This document shows, in pieces, positions 46,631 to 58,891 of a DNA stretch of 64,000 nt. The first letter of the stretch is position 1. Every line of letters begins with the position of its first letter. The position numbers and the translations under genes were made by a program. The DNA is from Psammoneis japonica (lineage: Eukaryota), in assembly GCA_008632985.1 (NCBI GenBank), contig QPGO01000022.1, positions 620,001-684,000 of the forward strand. The letters run 5' to 3'. Below the pieces are notes generated by a model. The model ran no database searches. It had not been told where the DNA came from and saw nothing but the letters and a program-made list of their open reading frames with translations.

Positions 46631-49600
46631 TCAATGCTGCCATGCCAAGGAAGGCTTCAATGGCCAGACATTGAGGGCAATGTGCCAAGCCACAGTGCCT
46701 TGTCCCTGCACTTGCCAGCCTTGCTTTTTCTAGCATCAAGACTTTGCAAACATTGAGCTCACACCACTTGAGTGGCTTGCAAGTGCTGAGACATCAGATG
46801 AGGAGGCACATGTGGTCTCTTTCATTTTCCCTCCAACACACCATTGTGAGATTGTCAAAGAAAGTGTTGAGGAGCTGCTGTGTGTTTTCAGGCTTGTAAA
46901 ATAAATGTTGTGACCAAAGTTTCCAGCCACAGAGAAGCCTTTTTTCCAATTGTTGTGTTGTTGGCAAAGCATGCTGGCCAGAACACTGCTGCTCTTTTTA
47001 AGCCCCCCCCCCCCCTTCTGTGTGGGCTCTCACAAGTGCAAAATAGAAAGAAGCACTGCTGGGGCTGTTCAAGTTGTGCCAACATGCAACTGAGTGGAGT
47101 CACAAATGTTGGTGCAGTGTCTGAGCTTGGAGGATCCTGCGCAGAGAGAACAAGCTTGTTGAGATCTTGCAGAGAGAACAAGCCTTCTGAGATCTGCCCC
47201 CAGCCAGCAGCACACTGCACCTGGAGGACCCTGGTGCTTGGTGCTTGTGGCATTTTGTCACATTCAAAATTTGAGTTTGAAGTCAAGGACAACACACTCT
47301 TTGTTTTGTTTGAGTTGGCACTTGCCTCACTCTCCACCACCTCTTTTTGTTGCATTTCCCATGCTCTGCACTGCCAACTTGTTCCAGACTGCTGGGTGAG
47401 TCACAACAGGACTGTGGCATGCTCATGAGCACATGCCCCATGTCAACAAGGACAAAGAGCATGACAAATTCCTTGGGGGGCCCAAGCTCAAAAAGATGAG
47501 TGTCAAAAGCATCTCACATTTAGAAAGAATGCAAAGACAGTCCAGAAGTCATTTTGCCAAATGCACATGATGTTGACAGAACAACTCTGCTTCATGATGC
47601 ATGGAAGAAAACTGACTGCAGGGATCTGTGCAAGAGTGCTTTCCAGGGGAGCAAAGGAACATGTCACAAGGATTGCTGTGATTTTCACAAGGGAACAAAA
47701 TCCAGCCCCTTTGTTTCTTGCCAAGAAGATTTTAAATTTGTGTTTGGTGTGGCACCAGAAGAGCTGCAACCCATGCTTGGTCATTTTGAATGATGGATCA
47801 AGGAATGGATGGACTCATTTGTGGATGCAATGATGGAAGTGTTGCATGCCACCCTTCACAAGAGAGTGCTGCTTCAGGTGAAAAAACAACTGCAGACACT
47901 CGTCACGTGCATTTGCCAACAATTGCATGCAAGTGCTGCATCAGTGCAACATTGTGATGGTTGCTGATGATGATCAGATGTGCACTTGGTCTTGGCAGTT
48001 TGACTCTTTTCTGACCAGCTGGGTTGTGTCTGAGGTGAAAGCAGTTGGCAAGAAGGGAGATGGGACAGATGTGTTCTTTGAATGAGTTGTTGGGAATGAG
48101 GACATTGCAGACATGCTCAGTGGCTTGAAGGGAACACTGCACTTCATGTTGCACTGGACACTTTCTGCATCAGCTGAGCAAAAATCATCAAGATGCAAAC
48201 TCACAATTGAAAAATTTGTTGTGCTGAATTGGCTGGCAGCCAATTTAGAGCAAGAAGGAGGGAGTTGTCTCTGATGTCATAGACTCAAAAGAGATTCAAA
48301 ACAACTCCCTTTCTCAAGCTGGTCCTCTGTGCTTCCAACTCATTTGTCTCATGGATGTTTTGCATGCTTTGAATTTGACACCACATGTTGTGGCCCAGCT
48401 CAAAGATTCATTTTCTTGCCATTGTCAAACAGAGGGCAGAGTTGCAAGACCTCCTCTTTGCAAAATGTGTGCTCTGTCACATGCTTTGGTTGCAGAGAGA
48501 GAGATGTGCAGATGACTGATGTGTGCAATGTCATTCTTTCAAAGTGTGCAAACATGAGATGCTGCAATGCACTTTGCAAAACAAATCAAGCAGAAAGCCA
48601 ATGGCACTCAGAACTGGGTTGCTGCCACAGCAGTTTCAGCAAAGAACAAGAGGAAGCAAGATTCAGAGCTGCCATGAAAGTTGTGCACCAGCAAAATTTG
48701 GTCCAGTTGCGGAGCTTGTGCTGGACAACAACACCAATTTTTGTGACTTCCCATGTTAAAAAAAACCTTGTGCTGCCACAACATTCCACTGCAGTGCCAA
48801 ACAACATCACCAATTTTTTGTGACTTCCCACTCATCACAACTCACTCAATGAAGCCTTTGTTGGCTGTTCATTGTTTCTGGAGCCAGAGCAGTTGCACTT
48901 CTTTGCATTTTCTGTTCTCAAAAAAGCAGATGAAGCTGTGCCTTGTTGGCAGCACATTTGGTTTGGCTCATGGCGTCTGCCACAATTCTGTTGATTGTTC
49001 CAAAATGCTTTTCATTTGTGTCTTGGCTGACCTTTGCAAGATGACAACACTTTCCCTTCATGGCACATGTTTGAAAAATGTCAAGCACACAAAACTGCAA
49101 CAAACACATCTCAAGCTTTGTCTGGCATCTGTTGGCAAGAACTTGTTTGGATCAAAATCCTCCAGCTGGGTTTTGAGCCATGAATTTCATTTTTCACACC
49201 AAGACAGAATCTGCAACAGCTTTTCAGCATGTCCTGGACCAGAATTTGGAGTGGCTTTGGCAACAGGTTTTTGGGTCCATGCTGTTGCATGTGTCAAAGC
49301 AGAAACTGATCATTGTCATCACCATGCATTCTTTCAGATGATGAAACAGCTTTTGTGTGACAACCCCAGGTGGGGGCAGCCATCCATCAGATGCTTGTTC
49401 GGATGGGTGCATGCTTTGCAATCTTTTTTTTCATGGCACCACTCATGAGTCAAGCATTGGAGCCAACACACATTGCTTTCCACTGACTCATTTCATTGAA
49501 AGTCACTTTCAGACTGGTGGAGCACAACAATGTGCTGTTGCCTTGACAAGCTTTGGGTGCAATGTGCACTTGACACTTGGTGTGACATGGGGCAGTTCTT

Positions 49601-50849
49601 GTGCACTGGCTCTCAGCTGAACAATGCTCTTGCTGGTGGCTTCTTGGTTTTGTGTGAGGAGCATTTGAGATGAAAATGAATGCACACCACTCAGTTGAAG
49701 TGTCGCGACTCCAAAGTCACTGTCTGGCCCACCATCAATGCTTGCCAGGAGAAACCATTCTCATCCATGACCATTGCATTGTCCTCCACATGTCAATGAA
49801 CTTGTGTGGTGTGATCAAACTGTGGGAAAATTGCAAGCCACAGTTGCAAAACGCAAATCAATTCCAGGTTTGAGAGACTTTGCTGGGTGCACCAAGTGCT
49901 CATGGCTCAACTCAATTGCTTCTGAAACTGCACTCTCGAAATTGCACCCTTTGTGTTCCATCTTTTGTGGCAACACCTTCTGAACAACAATGTCATTCTC
50001 CAAGCATTTTTTGATTGAGCTCTTGCCTGTGTGCTCAGTTTTCTCAAACTGTGCAAATCTCTGGGACCCAATGACACTTGCAATGAGTTCTTGCTGCACT
50101 CTCCTTGAGGATGGCTTCTGTCCAGCAAAAAAGAACTGGGCACATTAACCTGCCCATCTGAGCCTTGTTTCTCTTGCAAGTTGCTGTCCACTCCATTTTG
50201 CACCAAAATGGCTGCACCTTGGAACCTCTCAGACAATGATCAATGAGCCACCAACCCAGCCCTTGGCAATGTTCACAAGTCTGGTTCAGTGCTGTGTTGA
50301 AAAGGAAAGGCTGAGTCTGAGACTTCCAAGTTCAGTTCGTTTGACTGCTCATTCTGGGCTGATGGAAGCATGCCTCAGGAATCAAACACATCTGCTGTTG
50401 CGTGCTGCTCACATGCTGTCACTGGAAATCCAAGCAAATGAAGAATTTGGCTGAGAGCTCTAACAGCACTTTCAAAGAATGTGTGGTTGGCTCATTTGCC
50501 ATCAACCTCACAGCTGCATTCTGTTTTGCACAGGTTCATTCCATCAGCAACAATGTGGTGCCAGTTGCCATCACATTTGAGATTCCACCCCAGTTTTTTA
50601 CAACAGCATTCTGCCCAGAGGTCTGACAGCATCCAGCAGTCACAGGGGCACTTGTCATCAGTGTTGGATGCTGCACAATGGCCACAGATTTGCAAACAGG
50701 TGCTTTGAATCTAGAGCCTGTTTCTCCCTGTCTCCGGGGCTAAAACCAACCAAGATGGCCCTTGGCAGCAGTTGTGAACTCAACTTTGTTGCACATGGGG
50801 TCACCAAGACAAAATGAGAGTGCCAACAAACAAAGTGCCAGCAGCCAGC

Positions 50850-52560
50850 CACCATGACCAAACTCAATCAAGAAGCATTTTCCATCAACAACACCTGCCA
50901 GTCTTTCTGGAGTTTCAATGAAAGACCTGGAGTGATTGGTTGTCAAAGACAGGTTGCATCATGTTTGAAACACTGCCCCATTGGCCCACTTGGCAACAGG
51001 TTCATGGGTGATCTCTTTCATGCACTCAAGCACTCAATTTTGAGTGCAAACAACAGCAGCAGCATCACCCTTTCCAAAACCAAGTGCAAGCTCAGTCCTC
51101 CTGGCCAACACATCAACATTGACCATCAAAGAACTTGGGAAGCAGGTGCCTGTGCTGCTGCCACAGCTGCAAAATGTGTTCAATTGTCAATCATGAGTGA
51201 ATGAATCTGCTGCACAACATGCAGAGTCTGAGAGCATTTCATTCTCCACCTCAACATGTTGACACATCTCATGGAATTCTCAGCCAAATCACTGTTGCTC
51301 CTGAAATGCAATCATCACAACAATTTTTGTGTTTTGCTGGCCAGCCAGCTCATTTTCTCATGTGTTTTGTTTTTCTTGCTGTCATCTTTAAAGTGTGTCC
51401 TGCCAAGCAGTCAAAGCAACTTGGGCATCTGGGTGGACAAGACAAGCTCCAAAAGGTTCCTCGCCACCAACGACCATGCTTCAAGAGCTCCCTGGACCTG
51501 AAACAAGCACTCGTCCAAATGGAAATGCCACTGAATTGCCTCCTCTTCACATCTGATGCTGAGGCCCATTGCTCTAACACACCTGCCAACAAAACACCCC
51601 CCACTGATTGCTTCCTGTCTTTGACATCACGAAAACAACTGCAATGATGCACCAATGAAAGCCCTTGTCAAAGCATTCCAAGTTGCAATGGACAACAATG
51701 TGCTCACATTTGGAAACACTGCCTGGCAGCACCAGCACAATGGAGCTGCCATGGGCACACCACCCACCCCTCCACATGCCACCCTGTGCTGTGCACTTCA
51801 CACAAAGACATGCTCCTGGAGGAGTTTGGCTCCCAGCTGTTTTGCGGCAAATGATTTGTTGTGATGATGATGTCTTTGGCATCTGGCACATCACCACCAC
51901 CACCGACACTGCCACCTGGGAAGCATTTGCCTCCAGGCTTGACAACTTCAACATTGCCTGGATCACGAGTGCCCAAAGCTGCCAAAGTTAACTTTGTGGA
52001 CCTCACAATCTCACTCCAAGGCTCCCACCTTCACACTGCCCTTCACCAAAAAGAAATGAATCTGTGCATGTGCATCCCACCTCACTCAGCTCACCCGCCT
52101 GGAGTGCTCACCGGCCTGATCATGGGCATGCTCTTCTGCTTTTTAAAAATCTTTACTCCAACACTGCCAATGCAAAGGCAAAGATGAGACTGCTCTGCCT
52201 CTGACTGCAAGCTCAAGGCTGCAAGCTCAGCAAACCACAACCACTCTTCTGCAAGGCACACAACTTCATTTTTGGAAATGCCGCCACCAGAACAACACTG
52301 GAACACCAGCCCAACCCCATCTCCCTGCACATCCCTTGTCACCTGAATGACCCACTGTCCAGTGAATGGCAGAAGATTTGAAAAGGCACTGGCCACCCCT
52401 TCCTGCTCACAACCCCTCTCAAATCTCCAAAACTGGGCCAGACAATGCATCGGCCTGGACCGCATGATTGCACGCTGCAGCCGCTCCCACAACCTTGGAA
52501 ATCTCCTTTCACATCACGTCCTTTGCACCCCACTGGCCCCCCAGTTTTGTCCTGCCAGAC
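50850..52560 (+). pseudogene. Penelope-like element reverse transcriptase remnant
   Basis: LLFTSDAEA, MDNNVLTFGN..W....GAAMGTPP, CCDDDVFGIW (YxDD-like), VNFVDLTI, KEMNLCMCIPPHSAHPPGVLTGLI, SRSHNLGNLLS; 5' limit approximate. Confidence 0.78.
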
Positions 52561-52579
52561 TGCAAACAGGGAGACCACT

Positions 52580-52640
52580 GAGAGAGAGAGAGAGGGAGAG
52601 AGGGAGAGAGAGAGAGACAGACAGACAGACAGAGAGACGG
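52580..52640. repeat. (GA)n/(GACA)n microsatellite; a second (GA)n tract lies at ~52917-52965
   Basis: Seen directly in the sequence. Confidence 0.85.
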
Positions 52641-55516
52641 CAATTGAACTCGAATCGTCCCAATCGACCCGTTCACCCCCCTTCAGATCTTTTTAACACA
52701 ACAACCTCAATCACGCAAACAGCAACAGCCAGCCGCTGATGAAGCCACTGCAAAAGTCTTGTTCTCCTGACTTTGGCCAACATTGTTGTGCCTGCTGTTT
52801 GCTGAAACAGTTGGATGAACATCCGATCAAGCAGCTCCACCTTGGCTGCCAACACTGTTTGTTTGTCACATTTGACAGAAAATTGGCTTTGCCAATTTTG
52901 ATCATTCATTTGTTCAAGAGGGAGAGAGAGACAGCAATTTAATTGAGAGAGAGAGAGAGAGAGAAGAGTTCCCAGCCAGCAAGTGAAGACAAAGCCTGCC
53001 ATGATGTCTTCTGCCATGGCAAGAAGAGAAATGGAGTTCTCCTCCTCAGCGCACCAGCTGCTGGAGCTGCTGCCATGCATCCTTCTGTTGACCACGTCAT
53101 CAAGAAGATTGACTTTGCCTGTGGCAAGATTTGTGCCACCTCTTCTCACAAGCCATTTTGCAGCATGTGTTCTCCTTTGCACTCTTCTTTCAAGTGCTCT
53201 GCAGTTGGCTGGAAAGATCCAAGAAGGACAGTTTGACAACAGACAACTCAGGGCCATGACCATGGCCACCCACAGGGATGTTCTTCTCTTCTTTTCTGTT
53301 TCAAAAAGTGTTGCTGACACATTGTCTGGATGACTCTCTTCAGTCATTTGCCAAGTGCAGGTCATGTTGCAGATGTCACTCCTCTGCATGCCCACAGGCC
53401 AAAAAGCTCTCAAATTGGTGTGCTGGTTGTCTTGGCAAAAAATGTGGGCACGTCAAACCTTGTCACAGGCTGCAGTCATTCATCATGGTGGCAACAACAA
53501 CACATCAACCCAGAGATCCAAAATGGTCATGGGGCAAAGGTCAGCCACCACAGCTCCCAAAGGCAGGTGCATCACCTTGCTCAAGAATCTCATGTGGGGA
53601 GCCTTTCTTGTGCAGTGTGCATGCAGACAAAAGGTCATTTTTGTCACACCCTTTGTGACATTTAAAGGCTGTAACACGTCGCCGTGATGCATTGACTCTC
53701 ATCAGCAGCTGTCCATTGCACTTGCACAAGATTTCATTGGACTCAAGATGGGGGGCAGAGTTGGTGTTCTGATGGAGACAACATCATGGCTTTGGCTCCT
53801 GCCTCATTGTGCAGCTGACAAAAGACTGCCAATGTGTGCAGGAGGACAGCAATTGCCATCCCACATGATTTCTGTGTGGCTGCTGCTTGCCTGCAGAGTG
53901 AGCAACAGAGTTTTGTGCTCAAAAAGCACACCCATGTGCCATGTCTCCAAAACAATGGAGCCTGACTTTTGAGCACCACCAGTCTTTTCTGAACCCATCA
54001 AAACAAGTCTGTCACAATGCTGTTGGAGAATGCACCAGCCATCTTGAACAGCTCCAAGGCAAACAACAAGAAAGCAAGAAGAGCAACTCGCCCAATCTCC
54101 CAGTCAAATGGCCCAGCACAACAAGCCAAATGAGCCCACAAACTTGTGAGGCATTTCATGTCACTTTGCAAATGATGTGCTGACATGTCAAGCAACAATC
54201 AAAATCTTTTGCCTGCTGAAGAGGAGTCACCACATTGGCATTTTTGCTTGAGACATTTGAGGTTTTGCTGCAAGGTCAATTTTTTGGTCTGAGTGGGCAG
54301 ACACCCCAAGCCCACTCTGAAAGCACTTCCTGTTTCCACAAAAAAGCCCATCATTTTGACCAACCTTTGCTTTGCACTGCTTGCCAGTGTGGCCACAAAA
54401 GCACTGTTTCCTGTCCCTGGTGAGTTTTTTGAGTTCTTTCACACACAGTCAAAAGAGGGAGCCCCCAAGAAGGATGAGCTCATTTCCCATTGGTGGGGGG
54501 AATCACCAACAGCAGCCAACCCCTTTGTTTGCTCCACTTTGAGCTGTTTGAAATGTGCTGTTGTGCCAAGAAGATGTCAAGCACCAGTGCTCATTTGATG
54601 CAAATTTTGTGGATCATGCATCAGGACATGTGTGCAGGCATGATGCCACCGGGCTGACCTGAACTCACACTGGACTCTCAGATCAAGTTCAAAAAAGGCA
54701 CATTGTCTGGATTTTGTGGTGTGATGCCACAAGAATGCACAAGTGGCAACAACAGAAAGGCTTCTGTTTGACCAACTGTCAAGTCCTCTGTGACAGTTGT
54801 TCACCCAAGCATCCAAGTTTGCTGGGGTGGGTCCTTCTCACCACTGGTGCAATCTCATTGCTGAAGTCAACAAGCCACCCCTGTGCAGCCATGTTGATTG
54901 CTTTTTCCACAATGCTTGGTGCTGCAATTCTCAACATTGCCAATTGCCACCTTTTGCTGCAAACTTTGCCATCATGCTTTGCAGTGCGGTGCCAGACCCT
55001 TGTGCTGGTTTGAGTTCCCAACAACTTGTTTGCCTGGATGAGATGGCCTCACTTTTTTGTTTTCACTGCTGTCATGTTTGAGGCTGCCCAGTGTTTTCAT
55101 TCTTGATAAGAAAAACGGCAATGGCAAGAAACTCCCAAAGTGAGCACATGTGCACGGGTCAGATGCCACCATCTCACAATCGTCATTTTTGATGGTTGGT
55201 TTTGCCGCTGTTCCTGCCCACCATGGGCGTCGCACGGCATGGAGAAGAAAAAGCAGCATATGAGGTCGACATCAATGAGTTTCTTTGTGAATGTAGCTAC
55301 TTTTAGAATGGCATTGGTGCGGATTGATCATCATTGTTTTATGTTCATGATTGTTGCCGGCCACCTTGCGACGAAAGATTATATCTTGCGCAACTCTCTG
55401 AACGATGGCGTTCGTGGCATCACGTACTCTGCCGCGACACTAATGACTAATTTATCGCTCTCGTTTCGACAAGTGCAGACTTGCTACAATGGCTGTTGCA
55501 CCTTCTTCTTGTCAGC

Positions 55517-56539
55517 TCACCTTGGGCTTTTGCCATCCTCTGACAACGCAGGCCGAGGAGCAGCAGCGGTTTGCGAGAATGGCTCCGGCCCTCCCTGATC
55601 CTGCAACGTAGGCTGTCCTTCCTGGTCCTGACGCTCCAAGTGATGGTCGTTCGGCCTTGGAAACTGCCGCATTTGATGCCCTCCTCGGCCGCTCAACCCA
55701 ACAGGACTCGGTCTAAAGCTAGACCTCTGAGGAGAGAGCAACACATCGGCTGGATTTGGTCCACGGGCAAGCCTTTCAACACTCATCCCTAATGTGCCAC
55801 TAGCGCCAGCCGGAGGTTGCGGGTGGCAATACGAAGAAGCTTGGTGGGCGAGGCTTACGTTTGCAAGAGATGGAGGGAGAGTCCCAGCATAAAGTGGAGG
55901 TACCATGCCGAGCCTTCCGTGGGGTGGAAAATGTATAGCAGGATCAATAGGCTGCAAGGTTGGGACCATAATTGTGACCTGAACATAGAAGAATACACAC
56001 AGTACAATCAACAATTCGTATCGTCTGGTTGTAAGGCACCACATCAGTCAACAACATGTTGAAAATGTCCCATGGTGTTTTTAACTAACCTGATCTTGAC
56101 CTCCAGCTATAGTTGCCGTTACGCTTCTTAATCGACCGGTGAGCTCTGCAATCAATTGCTTACGCTGCTCATTTTCGTGGTGTATGCGTTCCATGATGGT
56201 GACAGTGTGGTTGATGAGTTCCACTCGACTTATCGGAAGGGTGCCTTCCCCATCAGGGTTCTTTCCCGTGGATTTCCCTTGCTTTTCAAGCTCTCTTTGC
56301 TCGACTTCATATTTGAAATCCGGATCTATTCTGACTAAAAGTGAAGTCAGCTCATCAAAGCCTCTGGTGATGTGATTTCGCCTCTTCATCTCTCTATGGC
56401 GCTTTCGTTCTGAGCGGCTCATTCTCGCCAGATCATCAGGAGTAGGATCCGTAACTTTTTCTGTATGGAGAGGCCTTTTCTGCCCGGCGAGGCTCGTCGA
56501 AGCATGCTGTGATACTTTTGGTTCAACCGGTGGCGTCAT
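55517..56539 (-). CDS. bHLH transcription factor, paralogue A (exons 56539-56090, 55978-55517; 3' end may continue via a further intron)
   Basis: RSERKRHREMKRRNHITRGFDELTSLL...SRVELINHTVTIMERIHHENEQRK; GT-AG intron. Confidence 0.8.
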
Positions 56540-57090
56540 CGTTGCAACACATCCAGCAGATAATACAGAGTAATAGGGCCCTATCTATCTCTCATCTGCA
56601 ACAAAACTGAAAACGTAACAAACATGCAACCAAAAAACATGAAACATCCATTCCCCCCCCCCCCTCCGCAAAGCGCACAGCCCACAGACCGACGAAGCGC
56701 GCCAACGCGCGCGCCCGAAGTCACTTCTGCTTGAATGATCTTCAATCAAAAATCAAACTCTCAGAGAGAAGAGGAGGAGAGGAGGAGGAGTAGGGCCTCT
56801 CTAATAGCTAGCTAGAGTAGAGAGAAGTAGAGACTAAGCTCTACCGGTAAAGAGCTAGCTAGCTGTAGAGAGTAGCTGAAAATTGTAGATGAAATACCGA
56901 GAACTCAAAAATGTAACCACCACACATTTAGCTCTAGTTAGACCTAGTTATCAATGACTACATGTTGTACAGTAGTGAGGAATATCAGAATGACAAGGTG
57001 ATTTCGTGAGAAATCTGTGGTTACACTCAAAAGCGTACGGCAGTCTTAGTTTTCTGTGGCGAAAACAACCGTAGCTTACAAAACGTTGCT

Positions 57091-58174
57091 TCACCGAAGA
57101 CGGTGGCGGCCTTGATTTTGTTGTTGATTTGTGCCACCGTCATGGTTTCGTCCTTCATTGCTGCTAGCGTTTGTTGAAGCTTCCAAAGTTGGTCCTGAAG
57201 AGGGCATAAGAAATGACGAATCGCTCGTTCGATCCAGCAATCCATCCAATCCAAAGCCCATCAGTCGACCCGGTGGAAAAGACGATGTGTTCGGGGCCAA
57301 CTGGTAGGCACTGAGCGGAGAAAACGTATTATTGTATCGAGCAGCGACTCCTTGTGAAGAAGTAATATCAGTCCTAGGGTCGATTGGAGTCACACTGGGT
57401 ACCACCATCATCACCTACCGATTATTATAAGAGAAACAAAGAAATTCATAGGAGAAACGATGACGACTCAAAGCAACCTATGCATGGTTCAATATCACAC
57501 GATTGTTATTCTGCATCGCATACCTGTTCATCACCTCTGTCAAGTCCGAGTCGCTCTATACGTCTACGCAGCTCAGCAACTAAAATTTTTCTTTCCTCAT
57601 TCTCCCGATGAAGGCGCTCCAGCGTAGCTATGGTGCAGCTTATCAACTCTGCACGACTCATGTGCGAAGTACTGTCATCACGATCACGTCGTCCGGAGCA
57701 GGGTCTATCAGCATAAGAGCGTTGTGAACTATCAAGATTGGCCTCTTCTGTGATACTCGGATCGACCTTCGCCAAAAGATCCATCAAATTATCAAACGCT
57801 TTGCTTACTTCATTCCGTCGCTTCCTTTCCTTTTCCCGCTTTCGTTCTCTGCTCCTTCTTTCGATATTCTCGGCGGTGGTTGCACTAGTCAGTGACCTAT
57901 TTTGTTCAAAAGATTCGTTCAGGTCGTTTACAGTGTTCTGGTTCAAATCGAAACTTTCCGCGCCTGCTATGAAACCACTTGAAAATCTCTGGTTCAGAGG
58001 ATCACTCAAGCGACTCGGGTTCGCGTTTTGAATGGGTTCGTCTACACCGCATTCTGAATTCGGAGATAGCAAACGATTATTTTCTTCTAATTTGTCTTTG
58101 CCAAGGGCATCAGAGTCACCTGCTCCCTCGTCATCCTTCGCCGTCGCTTCTTTCAGTGTACGACTTTGCTTCAT
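57091..58174 (-). CDS. bHLH transcription factor, paralogue B (exons 58174-57524, 57414-57091)
   Basis: RERKREKERKRRNEVSKAFDNLMDLL...SRAELISCTIATLERLHRENEERK; intron in the same position as in paralogue A. Confidence 0.8.
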
Positions 58175-58502
58175 TTCATTTTGGTTTGCTTTTTGCTTTT
58201 GTTTTGAGAGGGAAGGGAGATGTGGGATCAACGCGCGCGCGGGTGTGCTTTATGGTACAATATAAAATTTATTGATATATGCAATAGATATCTTAATTAC
58301 CATAGATGTATCAATTCAGCATCGAAATTTTTAAATATGAAAGACCGATATCTCTTCTGCGAAACAGTGACCTACGCACTAAACAGGCACGTGCAACCCA
58401 TTGCGGTCTCTCTCGGCCGGGCGACTTACGTACCGGTAGTACGGTCTATCTGGCCTGGGCTGGCGCTGGCGGCGGTGTCCGGTACCGGATGTGTTTACGA
58501 CG

Positions 58503-58799
58503 AATTGCAAGACAATTGCGCGATTCACGTGCCCGAAGGGTGATTGTTGAAATTCGAGCTTCGCGCACGTAGAGCCTGTAGAAAATGTACCAGCCAGCCC
58601 GAAGCTCCGATTTGCGTAGATCACGTAGGAGAGTACCACAAGGTCATTTGATGAAATGACTGGGACGATTTAGACGACCAAAATGAAAATTTTGATACCA
58701 CATCATACGTAGAAATGACATCTGCGCGAAGGGAGAATGTTGCTTCGGGCAACGATATTCCACCTTCGGGCACGTGAATCGCGCAATTGTCTTGCAATT
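58503..58799. mobile_element. MITE-like element with perfect 37-bp inverted repeats
   Basis: aattgcaagacaattgcgcgattcacgtgcccgaagg (58503-58539) is the exact reverse complement of 58763-58799. Confidence 0.65.
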
Positions 58800-58891
58800 T
58801 GTAGTAGTGTTTAGTTGCAACACTTGAGACTGTGTGTAACACAAGCAGCAGTGCTGCGACATACTCCTACTACTAGTAAAAAAAGAGAACG

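Larger units (their letters stand above)
44690..55255. other. TpA- and CpG-depleted repeat domain 4
   Basis: 10.5 kb with almost no TA and few CG; normal composition resumes near 55260. Confidence 0.9.

Noticed and set aside
47500..50300. Degraded coding-like sequence (possible transposase)
   Set aside because: Too mutated and frameshifted to assign a family by eye.
140..55255. Hundreds of overlapping 60-400 aa Cys/His-rich ORFs in all six frames of the repeat blocks
   Set aside because: Loss of TA removes TAA/TAG stops and turns Tyr into Cys/His, so long spurious ORFs and false metal-binding motifs are expected.
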